DNA from: Vitrella brassicaformis CCMP3155
Lineage: Eukaryota; Protista; Chromerida
Length of the DNA: 64,000 bases
Assembly: GCA_001179505.1 (NCBI GenBank)
Contig: CDMY01000255.1
Location: forward strand, 186,001 to 250,000
Direction of reading: 5' to 3'
Shown here: in pieces, positions 1 to 11,200 of the stretch
Numbering within the stretch: the first letter of the stretch is position 1
How the letters are laid out: each line of letters begins with the position of its first letter
Notes under the pieces: generated by a model
Database searches by the model: none
Told to the model about the DNA's origin: nothing
Seen by the model: the letters and a program-made list of their open reading frames with translations, nothing else
Program-made: the position numbers and the translations under genes

Positions 1-1029
1 GGAAGTGAAGGTCGAAGACCACGCACCTGTCAAATGACGACACTGACGCATCGGTGTACTGGCCACCCCATGAGATCCACCGGCGACTGAAGAACGAGAA
101 GCACAAGGCGCTCCTGTTCATTGGTGGGTCGTGTGGCTGTCTGCGCCGCCGGTGCAGGTTGCCGACAGGCAGGGGCGGATCGATCGTCAGGCGGAAGCCG
201 GGCTCGTCCTTGATGGCCCGCACCTCACCGTTGCCGTGGTGGAACAGCTGCAGGCAGCTGCCGTCACTGAAGTGGACGTGGCGGCCGACCATCTTGAGCT
301 GCGCCAACACACGGGGAGCCGACACATACGCCTACATACACGATCACACACAGAGAGAATGAGGCCCTCTCCCTCCCCTCCCCTCCCCGCCCCTCTGTTT
401 GCCGGCTCACCGTTTTGTTTGCGTGTGTGATGATGTCAGCACCACTGAGGGTCACAGGCAGCTGACAGTTGCCGCACTGCTCCGCCAGCTCAATCACCTC
501 ACCCATCTCGCCCCAGTCCCCCTCCTCCACTACACACACCGCCGCCAGCAGATCATGTGTGCCGAACTGTTCGTCGTCGAACCGCAGCAGCTGCACTTGC
601 TGCCCATTCACCACCCGCCGCAGCCCCGCCTGTGAGCCCAGCGAGTGGCTGAGCCGATCTCTCAGCTGGGCCGCTCCGAAGAGCTCTCTGAGCCACGTGC
701 AGGTGGCCCTCAGCCGCACGACGTCCTTGATGCTGAGGAGGTAGCGGCTCCTCCGGCCGACACACAGGTATGACACGGGGTGCTGCTGCTGCTCCTGGTG
801 CTGCATGGGATGGATGGGCCAAAATGGTCAGATGAGTGAGGCGCTCGACGACAGCCTGCACAGAGCGACAGAGCCGACAGAGGATTGTGTGCATCAAGCA
901 TGCTGCTCACAGATCTGTGTGCTGCTCACCTCGTTCGATGCTCAGATGGACAGATCAGAGGGGTGTCAATGAGCTACCAGCACCACCAGCACCACCACCA
1001 GCGGCAGCGGCAGATGAGGAGGCCGCCAT
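1..1029 (-). CDS. Lineage-expanded F-box-like family protein; 3' end runs off the window, 5' exons uncertain
   Basis: ORF 264-806 contains LLSIKDVVRLRATCTWLRELF (F-box-like) and EQCGNCQLPVTL. The downstream exon reads APRVLAQLKMVGRHV...LQLFHHGNGEVRAIKDEPGFRLTIDPPLP...HDPP, paralogous to the gene at 5900-7757. A candidate first exon MAASSSAAAAGGG starts at 1029. Confidence 0.6.
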
Positions 1030-1059
1030 CGCTCCTCAGCCACACTGCACCGATGGGCC

Positions 1060-1125
1060 GACAGACACACAGAGAGAGAGGCACACAGAGAGAGAGGCAC
1101 ACAGACAGACAGACAGACAGACAGA
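1060..1125. repeat. Compound (CA)/(GA)/(GACA)n microsatellite; similar tracts occur in most introns
   Basis: Directly visible: acagacacacagagagagag...acagacagacagacagacagacaga. Confidence 0.9.
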
Positions 1126-1468
1126 AAGGCCAACGCATTCATTGAGGTGAGTGGATGAGCGCATCACTCCTGCAGTGAGTCAGTGAGTGTTGGGCTTCCC
1201 TCACCACCGGTGTCTGTCAGCTCAACTGCCCGCCACCCCACCGCAGCAGTCGAGAGGGCGACCGACTCGAGTGACTCTTCTCGCCCCCTTGTCGGCCGAG
1301 TGCCTCACTCTCGCAGCGCACAGCTGTCCGACAAGGCGCACAAATGCCGCGCTTTGACCTCTCGTGGGGCTATAGGGTAACAAACCCTTTGACCCCTCGT
1401 CAAACCCTCCAGCTCTTTGGTTCGGTGGCAACCGCAGTGGCAGCTCTTTCTTTTGAACGCAGCCAGAA

Positions 1469-3309
1469 ATGGGCAATGTTCTTCGAAAGGGAGATTCGAG
1501 TGTTGTTGACGAGAAGAGGGGATCCGGCGACGCCAGCCCTGCAGCGGCCCCTCCGCCCGTCATTGGTATATCGGTCACGCCTGCGTCGCCAAAAAACCAA
1601 AACAACGCTGTCGACGCCCTGCCTGACAGGTGAGAATGGCAGGGAGGGAAAGGCAGTCGTGGTTTGGGCTCATATCTTTCTGTGGTGGTTGGCTGCTATG
1701 GTTGTCTGTCTTTCAGGTATTTCAAGCGCAACCGAAGGTAAGAAAGGACACAATGTAGTAGACCCCGGGATGGTGATTTCACTCTTGACTCTCCTGTCCC
1801 TCTCTGGTACGTGTGAGTGGCAGGGTGTCAGTCAGCGCCGAGAGCGTCAACCCCAACGATTATGTCAAGGTGGTCCATCAAAAGGCCGAGGACACCAAGG
1901 TGACCCAGCACACACAGACACACAAACCGAAACCGGCTGTCAGCCACGTGCCTGTGCCTCCCTTGTTGACTGGTGCAGGTGCGGCTGCGTTTGATACTCA
2001 AGGACTGCAACAAGGTCCTCTTCTCGGAGCTGTCGGACGACAAACTGGAAGAGGTGGGCTGCACACCGGACAGCACCACACCCATGCAGACAGATCAGCG
2101 ACAGTTGTGGATGCCCTTTCTGCCCTCACTCAGATAGTTGATGCGATGTTCCGTGTGGACGTCAAGGAAGGCGAGACCATCATCAAGCAGGGCGACGCTG
2201 GCGACAACTTCTATGTCATCGACGAGGGCGAATTCGACATATTCGTGGCCCGCGACAGCAGCCCGCCGGTCAAGGTGGGGACGGTCGGCCCGGGGCGGTC
2301 CTTTGGCGAGCTGGCACTCATGTACATGTGCCCCCGAGCTGCGACCGTCACGGTGAGCCCACTAGCTCCACGGATGGATGGCTGCAGACCTGTTGCATTG
2401 CATCGAAAGCTGCTTTCTGTGTGCCTTGCGTGTATGTGTGTGTGTGTGTGTGTGCAGGCAACGAAGGACTCAGTGTGTTGGGCGTTGAACCGCTATTCGT
2501 TTCAGCATTTGATGGTTGCGGGCGAGGCCAAACGCTTCAACGAGTACGAGGCCTTCCTCGAGAGCGTCGCAGTCTTCGGTGAGCGACACTCACGGCCTGC
2601 TCACCGAAGACTGCTCAAATGGTGTGGTGGTCTGTGTCAGCATCTCTGAACAAGTACGAGCGAATTCAGCTGTCGGACGCGCTGGTACCCAATGCTTATG
2701 AAGAAGGTGCGACGGACGGTCTGTTGACGTGCTTGCCACACCTTGCTGGTCGTCTACTCGCTCCCGTTGTGTGTGCAGGTGAGGAGATCATCACTCAGGG
2801 CGACGAAGACGGCCACGAGCTGTACATCATGGAAGAGGTCACACACAGACACACACACACACACACACAGGCGGATGGCTCTGTCCGGTTGCATCGGTGC
2901 CTGTCTGTCGTTGCCTTTGTGTGTTCAGGGCACGGCAGCGGCCTTCTTGTCGCGTGATGGGACTGAGGTGAAGGTCAAGGAGTACTCGAGGGGCGACTAC
3001 TTTGGCGAATTGGCTCTCATTGCTGACAAACCAAGAGCGGTAATCAGATGGGGCGGACGCTAATCGACCCTTTCGCTCCATGACCCCATTGTGTGCCGTC
3101 TTTCCAGGCGACGGTGCGCGCCACGTCCGACTGCTCGTGCCTGTCCATCAACCGCGAGGACTTTGTCAGGTCAGCACAACACAGCCATATTCACGCCAGT
3201 GTACTTCTTTGTGTGAGTGCGCTGCAGGTTGCTTGGCCCCATTCAGGACATCCTGCAGCGCAATGCCGACCTTTATGTCAAGTACGAGGACGCCATCAAG
3301 GTAACATGA
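1469..3309 (+). CDS. PKAR: cAMP-dependent protein kinase regulatory subunit (11 exons)
   Basis: Hand-spliced GT-AG exons 1469-1629, 1717-1737, 1824-1899, 1979-2053, 2134-2352, 2458-2578, 2641-2706, 2779-2837, 2929-3039, 3108-3169 and 3228-3309. They give an MGNV N-terminus, the RRVSVSAE inhibitor site, two cNMP-binding domains ([15 protein letters not shown] and [15 protein letters not shown]) and C-terminal [13 protein letters not shown]. Confidence 0.95.
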
Positions 3310-3885
3310 GCAGACACGGCTGCAGTGCCGAGAATATCCTCTCCTGCATGGCTCTATGTGTGACGTCAGGCTCAGAATCTGAAGGAGGCCAGCCAGCCAC
3401 TCGCCGCTGAGGATGAGGCAGACGACTCGCCTTGATCCATACGTAATGATATCGGGGTTGGTGGATGGGTTGACGGATGGGCGTATGTACTGGTCTTTCT
3501 CGCGTGCAGGTCAGGTCTGCTTCGTACTTAGTCTGAGTTCTGTCTGTCCGCCTGTCTGTCTGCCTGTGTGGGTGGTTGAATGCTTGTCGACTAGTCGCCT
3601 GCCTGTGCTGTGGTGTGCGTGTTGTGGACACTTGCTCACTGAACTGAAGGTGCACTGACTGACTCGTATTTCGTACACACAGGTTTGGACGCCAACTCGA
3701 GGCAGGTATGTAGGTATTTGACTGGTAGTGTCAGGTGCGTGTTCGTCCGACGCCTGAACTGGCAGGCAGACGAGGGGTGAACTTGTGCAACCCGGATGTG
3801 TGTATCCCTGCTGAGACACTGGGTGTGTTGCTGGAGTGTTGATGGATGGATGAATGGATGGATGGGCAACCTATGAGGACATAAA

Positions 3886-4006
3886 GCGTGTAATGAGCGA
3901 ATTGCTGGTCCAGTTGGTAACACGTCGTTGCACCGTCAAGCAGTGTCTCATGCGTGACGGTAACCCATACACGCATACACGTCTATCTCACTCGTCAGCA
4001 CTCGCT
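3886..4006 (+). repeat. Direct repeat copy 1 (about 120-140 bp); pairs with 5657-5794
   Basis: Shares gaattgctggt..cagtt, the block ccgtcaagcagtgtctcatgcgtgacggtaac and cacgtctatct...gcactcgct with copy 2. Confidence 0.85.
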
Positions 4007-4048
4007 TCAAAGGTGTTCCTGCACACCACACACACTCCCCCATCCAAT

Positions 4049-5541
4049 GCACCCGCACCCCACCCGTACGAGGAACTCCGCGCAGGTGCACAACACACGT
4101 TGGCGATGATTGATTGACTCACTCAGTGTGTTGCGTTGTGTTGTGTTGTGTGCAGAGAGTGAGTCCAAGCTGTTGGCCATCAATGACGCGTTGGACACAA
4201 TGAGGGCTGAGGGCGGCCAGTTGGACCAGCAGATTGAGCTGCTCAAGCAGCAGGGCCGCACACTCCCGGAAGAGCGAAAGGCCGGCGCAGAGATCTCCAG
4301 GTGCAGACAGACAGACAGACAGACAGAGATGGAAAGACAGACAGGCCACCTCTCAATGAGTTAGTCCTCGGTGTGGGTGTGTGTGTGTGTGTTTAGGCGG
4401 AATCTGCCGGTGTCGCCGCTCGACGTGCAGGCCACACAAGAGGAAAAGAAGGCACGACCCCCCCCCCCCCCNNNNNNNNNNNNNNNNNNNNNNNNNNNNN
4501 NNNNNNNNNNNNNNNNNNNNNNNNNNNNNNNNNNNNNNNNNNNNNNNNNNNNNNNNNNNNNNNNNNNNNNNNNNNNNNNNNNNNNNNNNNNNNNNNNNNN
4601 NNNNNNNNNNNNNNNNNNNNNNNNNNNNNNNNNNNNNNNNNNNNNNNNNNNNNNNNNNNNNNNNNNNNNNNNNNNNNNNNNNNNNNNNNNNNNNNNNNNN
4701 NNNNNNNNNNNNNNNNNNNNNNNNNNNNNNNNNNNNNNNNNNNNNNNNNNNNNNNNNNNNNNNNNNNNNNNGCCCCTACACACACACAGAGAGAACACAA
4801 GGTCACAGCATCCATCCATCCATTCATCGGCTCACCTGCCATCAGGCCGTGTCTCATCGTCTGCCGGCGTTGGTGATTGTCGAGCCGGAGCTGCCAGGCG
4901 AGATGGAGCAGCACGAGGCGGCCACCATGCGAGCTGCGGCTGGCGGCGAGCACTCCCCCGAGCAAGTCCTTCAAGACAGTAAGACAGAGACAGCAAGAGA
5001 GACAGCAACCAAGGGAGACAAACAGATGGATGTGTGTCTCTTCTCTAGTTCGTCTGTTGCAGCCCCACTCGTTGCCCTCGGCGTCCGAGTTGAGCGATCC
5101 CGACCTGCTGCGTGACGAGGTGCGTGTGGTGGAGGCCGAGCTTATCGTGGCCACCAAGAACCAAGACAGACTCCGCAACGCCAAACTCCAACTAGAGAAA
5201 GAAATCACCGCACTCGAGGTGCGCCCATCCATCCATCTATTCATCCACCTACTTGGCGTGTGTGTTGTGTGCGTGCAGCGTTCGGGTTGCAGTGGGTCAG
5301 CGTGTGTATCAAGCGGCACAGCCTCACAGCTGGCCGCCAAACGAGCCTCACTGGGCGAGATCAGTGCGGCCGAGCAGGACATGCAGCGACAGCTTGACGA
5401 AGTGAATGCAGTGAGCCATACCACACGCACGCCCACCCAATGTGTGTGGATGTGTGTGTGTCTGTGCGTGTGCAGCGGTCAATTGAGTTCAGTCGCAAGG
5501 CCGCCCAGGCCAAGAATAGACGACTTTTCCGACAAGCATAA
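4049..5541 (+). pseudogene. 5'-truncated duplicate of the secreted coiled-coil gene at 51353-53008 (lacks start codon and signal peptide)
   Basis: Exon-by-exon near identity with the inverted copy (HPYEELRA, ESESKL.AINDALD, LSDPDLLRDEVRVVEAEL, RSIEFSRKAAQAK.RRLF). Homology begins at about 4049, downstream of the signal peptide. The stop lies at the same codon (TAA 5539-5541). Confidence 0.7.
4472..4771. other. Assembly gap (300 N) at a poly-C tract inside an intron
   Basis: Run of N preceded by a long C homopolymer. Confidence 0.98.
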
Positions 5542-5656
5542 AGCAGTCGACCAACGAACGGCACACAGTGCAGGCAGTGCGTGTTGACGACTCGAGAGTG
5601 ATGAATGCGTGAAACGGATGACATGCACGTGAAATGGATGGAGGGATGGCCAACCA

Positions 5657-5794
5657 GCGTGCAATGAAATGTGAATTGCTGGTTCAGTTAGTAGCACGTC
5701 ATTGCGAAGGGTCGTTTGTCCCGTCAAGCAGTGTCTCATGCGTGACGGTAACTCATACATGCATCCACGTCTATCTTACTCCTAAGCACTCGCT
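5657..5794 (+). repeat. Direct repeat copy 2; pairs with 3886-4006
   Basis: Same blocks as copy 1, with a short extra segment (gaagggtcgtttgt) before ccgtcaagc. Confidence 0.85.
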
Positions 5795-5899
5795 GCACGG
5801 CCCAGCTAACGCTAGTCAGCCTGCAGAACACACCCTAACACCCACACAATCCGCAGACCAGGTACCGTCTGCATCATCTGTGTGGTTCCCACCCTGTAT

Positions 5900-7757
5900 C
5901 TAAGGCGCCTGGCCGTCGAGCACGATGGGTGCGATGGGCCCGAGCACGCGACGCGCCTTGGCGGCCGTCAGGGAAAACCGATGGGCGAAGGGGGCGTCAT
6001 GGGGGACACCTGCTGCCGGCAACTCGCTGGTACTGATGGTGACATGGACTGCACGCAGACAACAGCAGATCAGTACGACACGACAGCATGAGAATGTGCT
6101 GTTAATGTGTGTGCATACGTACCGCTCTGGTCGTCGTCTGGGTCTAATCCGAAGAAAATCCATGAGATGAATGGGTCGGCAGCCGTCGTCACGAAATGCG
6201 CCTGCCCACAGTGCTCACTGGCGGCCTCCCATGTCGTCACATTTGAGCATCCGTTGAGGGGCGTGTGTGGCGATCGGGTCATGATGCGGTCCAGGTGGCC
6301 GCCACGTGCACTCCTGACACACATCAATAGCGCACACATAGCGATTTGCCCTCTCATTGCGTGCCGTCCATCCGCTCACCGGACTACCACCACGTCTGGC
6401 GAGGTGGTGAAGCCGCGAACAGCAAACAGCCGGTGAGTCCGCACCAGCTCCTTCAGCAGGGAGCTCGCCAATGCGTAAACGGCCCCGTCATCATTGACGG
6501 TGCCAATCGTCCTCCAGCCCATACCATGCAGCCACGTAATGCAGTGGCGGACTGGCGGGTCGTGTGGCTTGGCGTGGTGGGTGAAGGGGTGCTGCAAGAA
6601 GGGATGGACGGGGCGGTTGGGGAGGGGGAGGGGCGGGTTGAGTGAGAGGGTGAAGTTGGGCTTGTTGCGGATGGCGCGGATCTCGTTGTTGTTGTGGCGG
6701 AACAGCTCGAGTGTGCCGCCTTGCTGGCCATTGGGGCGGCGGAAGGCCACACCGCGGCCGACGAGCATCCACTGCGCAAATACACGGGGCAGCGACAAGA
6801 AATCCTGCACCCAACAGTTTACATCCACTGGCAGCAGCTCGCCCATTGCCTCTTCTGTGTGTCGTGCTTACCGCCTTGGTGGCGTGTGTCTGCAGGTCTC
6901 CAGACCCACAGTGACCGGCAGCTGGCAATTGCCGCAGTGCTCCGACAGTCTCAGTGTGCCACCCACCTCCCGCCAGCCGCCCTCGCCCCCCTCCTCCACC
7001 ATCCACATGGCCTTCATCACATCGCCGCGGCTCAGCAAAGGGTCGAACTGCACCACACCGCTAACCCCCGCCTGCTCGATGGCCTTCAGCAGCCGACTGC
7101 GGCGGATGATCGGCCGAAGGGCATTCCTGATGGGTCGGGCTGTTGACCTGACGCGGGCGACGGCGGTGAGGTCAGACAGTTCCAGGACGACGCTCATGGG
7201 GTTGGCGGGGATGTCAGAGATGTGCAACCGTCGCGCCTGATGACACACCCAAGAGGTGCACACCACATCAGTGTGCGTCTTGTATTTGTGCCTGCCTGCG
7301 GTCACTCTCTCACCTGTGTGCGGCTATGTGTTGTCAGTGCGATGGTCGAGTTGATGGTCTCTGCCAACTCGGCCAGCAGGTCGGACACAGCAGCAAATTG
7401 ACGACTCACCTTGGCTACCATCTGACGAATGAATCAACACGACGAGAGCAACGCCAAGAAAGTAGACTTCACAGACACACAGAGGGCTTTGTGGTGTGTT
7501 TGGCAGCCTGCCGCACCAGTGGTGCCATCGAAGCAGCGGTGTCGGTGTCCATCTGCAGGAGTTGGTCGATGCAGCTGTTGACCTGCACACGCACACCACC
7601 ACACACACACACACACACAACAAGCAGCTGGTGAGCTTTGGATGCACTGCATGGAATGGGTGATTTGGTGTGTGTGATGGTGAGCTGATACCTGAGCCTG
7701 CTTCAGCCGATAGCCTTCTACCCGGGGCAGCAGCTGGCCCCGTATCACTGCGCTCAT
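5900..7757 (-). CDS. Lineage-expanded F-box-like family protein (paralogue of the gene at 1-1029)
   Basis: Exons give MSAVIRGQLLPRVEGYRLKQAQ (start tentative), LELSDLTAVARVRSTARPIRNAL, EHCGNCQLPVTV, SLPRVFAQWMLVGR...LELFRHNNNEIRAI...PPLP...HDPP, GGHLDRIMTRSPH and a last exon PFAHRFSLTAAKARRVLGPIAPIVLDGQAP*. Confidence 0.7.
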
Positions 7758-8274
7758 CTGCACCAAGCCGAATGACAAACCACACAGACAGCACAAATTG
7801 TTCACGCCGTGATACAGGTGCTTTGTTGGCCTGCAGGCTTCTGTTCTCTCACCTGGGCGGCAGTACTGGCAGCATCATGCGACCAAGTCGCGAAAGCTAT
7901 GGATCGGAGTGCTGATTTGTGGCTTCGACAGGCTCTGCACGCCTCTGTCGTCGCCGTGCTACGTTCTCTTCGCTCCTTTGGCTCTTCCCGATTGCGAGCT
8001 GACCGTGGAGTTGGCGGTTTCAGGCAGCATCCTAAGGCCTCCAGCTGCGGGTGATCCCCCTCCTCTTATGCGTCGGTGTCTGCTGCTTCCTTTGCCGACG
8101 GTGCTGATCCTGCTGCAGCTGACGCTTATTCCTTTGCCTGTTGATTCATTCCTCCTCGAGCATCCACCCACACGTCCACCCACATTCATCAAGCCGCTCA
8201 CTCACAGCCCTACTGCAACCTCCCTTCGTCAGCGGAAACCGCCGCAAGCACTCACGTCGTCGAGAGCCGTCGGC

Positions 8275-11200
8275 ATGGCTGCGGCAAGCGAAGCGCCAAG
8301 TGCGTCGTCAGCACCCGCAGACGCAGCGAGTGATGACTCGCCTCGTCTTGACATCAACGTGGTCATCTCGTGCATCGAATCCCACTGGAGCACTGCGCCC
8401 CAGACCGTCGCTCAGTCGCTGGCCGAGTGGCACACGGTGATGCGGCCCAAGAGGTCCTATGACAAGCAGAGGCGGCAGATAAAGGACCTGCTGGTGCGGC
8501 TGGTCACATCCCAGAGGGCCAGTGATGGGGCTGGGAGCCCTGAAGCTCTTGTGGTTTGCGTGCTGGAGCATCTGCAGAAGGCGCAGGGAGGGTTCAAGAG
8601 TGTCCAGGCACTACTGCTAGGTGCACTTGTCGACACAAGGTGAGAGAAGGGCAGGGCGACCGGGCAGCGCTCTCACCGATGAATGTGTTCATCTTCTTCT
8701 CAAACAGGTCCCACGGCGATGGCTCTGATGGAGCGCAGGCGAGGGGCGGCGGCGCATCCATTGACGGCCGGAAGGCGCTCTCTTTGTTGGAAACGGTGGA
8801 GGTGGATCTCCTGCCGCTGTTCGTCAAGGCCATGGAGCTGGACGCCCCTCCATGCAAGAGGTACGTCAGAAGTACAGTACTTGCTCGTCGTGCATGTTGA
8901 CAAGTGTGTGTGTGCGTGTGTATTCAGTTTGGTGCGAGACCATTTCAGTCGCGCCCTCAAGTCGCGAAAGCACAAGACCGTGTTTAGACTGCTCGTCGCA
9001 TTCCGCCCACTTGAGGTCAGCGAACAAAGGACAGATGGAATCTGTCACTCAGTCTATCCTTTTCTGTCGCCTCGTGGTCAGGCTGCCCCCGATGCCCCCG
9101 CCCCTTCCCCTCCCCCCTCTCAGCACCAGCGTTCCCCCTCCCCCGTCCTTCCCCACCCCGAGACCCTCCCTGAGCACGATCTGCGGGGCCTCATCGAGAG
9201 CCTTGATGCCCCGTCCGCCCGGCAGCTGTTCGAACACAACCCTCGGGCGCTGGCCAGGGCCTGGTCGACGCCCAAGCACTCCAAGCTTGCCGTCGGCTTG
9301 GTCAAACAGAACGGCTGGCCTATATCGGATTTCCCTGAGCTGAACATGGTGCTCTTCTCCAAGACGCTCCGATACGCCATCTTCTCCGAGGGCATGACGT
9401 CGGCCGAGATCCTGCGCTTTGTGGACGGGGATCCCCACGCCCTCATGGCCCTCTGCCAGGAGACTCTGCGCATCTGCCCGTACACCGCTGTCAAGTGCGC
9501 CGAGGCTCTCACACAGGTGGGCGGGGCACATGAAACGAAGACGGAGTGAATGCGCACACATGAGCATCTGTGTGTCTGCTTTTGTGGCTGTGCAGTATCA
9601 GGAGACCCACCCCCTGCCCCCCAGTCTGCGTCAAGACGTCAATCGCCTCATCTCGCAGCACAACGGCCGCCCCTTCGCCCCCAGGCTCAACACCCGCCCA
9701 CGCGACCACAGACGCCGATCGTCGGGCCCCGCAGAGGTGCTGGCTCTCGCTGACCTGGGCATAGCGATGCCTGGCGCAGCGGGGGCTGGTGGGGCGGGGG
9801 AGGTGGTGCTCGTAAACGACCCGATGCAGCTGACTGAGGTGCTGGAGAGGCTCAAGCAAGAGGTCAGTGGAGACAGGGGGAACAACAAGGCTGACGTCTT
9901 GAATTGCACCTTCCTTTTGAATTGTTTTAGCCTTTTGTGGGTGTGGATGGTGAGTGGCGGCCGGTTCTCTCAGCCTTCCAGCAGCAAAAGTGCGCCCTCC
10001 TGCAGATCGCTGCCGGCAGGATGGTGTATCTGGTTGACCTTCACGCCATGGGCGCCGCCGCAGACGAGCCCGTCAGTCAGTTCATGAGCGACCCGACACC
10101 CATCAAAATCGGATTCATGTGAGCTGACGGACGGCAAAATGCCTTTCACGCCCACGAGCACCACCGTGAGTGCGTGTGTGATGTGTGCAGGTTTCACCAG
10201 GAGGATGTGAAGGCGTTGAGGGCTCGGGGCGCCGCCTACAACAAGACCATCACATGCATGGACGTCGGCAACATCGCCAGGGCACTGCACTTCGTCAAAG
10301 ACCCACCCAAGCCACCCAAGGACGAGACAGATGAGAACGGCCAGCCCAAGGAGAAACCACAGTGGCCCCCAGCCGGTTGGCACCCACTCGGCGATGCGGC
10401 CCGCAGCCCCCCTCCATTCAGCTGCTCTCTCCCACCCCCACCACGCGGGAGCAGTCTGTCAAGTCTCTGTCACTTGCTACTTGGAAAACCACTTAGCAAG
10501 ACCTCACAGTTCTGCAATTGGGAGGTGAGGAACAGAGAGGGGGAGGGGAGGGGAGACGACGGAGAATTCATTACCATGTTCCTGTGCTTATTGTGCTTTT
10601 AGTATCGTCCCCTGGATGACGCCCAGGTGGCCTACGCAGCTCTGGACGCGGCCGCCATCCCCCGGCTGATCGAGAGGATGGCGGCCGACTTGCAGGTGTC
10701 CACCACGGAAATGCTTGCCATGGCACACACGAGACACCAAAAGAGACGAGACGATGACCGCGAGCCGGATGAAGATGATCGGCCGGGCCCGTCAAACAGA
10801 GGTAGAGGAGAGCAGCAGCCGCGGCCCGAGAAGAGGGCCAAGCGCCAGGAGGGCAAGAAGCAGGGAGGGGCTGGCGGGGCAGTGGATGGAGCCAAGGAGA
10901 GGTCCTCCAAGCAGCTGCCGTTTCGTGATATCAGTGCGTCAGACCTCAAGACCGCACAGCAGCAGTGGGCCAAGTACCGAACACTAAGTGAGCTCAGCAG
11001 GAAGGAGAACAGGAGATGAGTGTCTCTTCAATCGCCTCTCCTGAGTGTGTTGAATTGATAATGGCCAGATGGGATTGAGGAATGGCGGTTTGTGCTTCCT
11101 GTGCAGTGCCAGAAGCTGTGCCGGAAGCTGAGGGGCATGGGGGTCGATTCCTTGCTACGCACCGTAAGCAGCTCGACACACACAAACACGCGCGCGCGCG

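Noticed and set aside
4440-4470. Possible GC-AG intron (AAG|gcac) shared by both coiled-coil paralogues
   Set aside because: An in-phase GT donor (GAC|gtgcag) about 27 nt upstream explains the splice equally well. It cannot be decided without RNA data.
4361-5436. Long ORFs spanning the N gaps (also 51412-52548)
   Set aside because: They are artefacts of translating N as X. The real exons lie on one strand and are short.
3886-5794. Interpreting the direct repeats as LTRs of a retrotransposon or as a CRISPR array
   Set aside because: There are only two copies, no gag/pol, PBS or clear TG..CA ends, and the enclosed gene keeps its introns.
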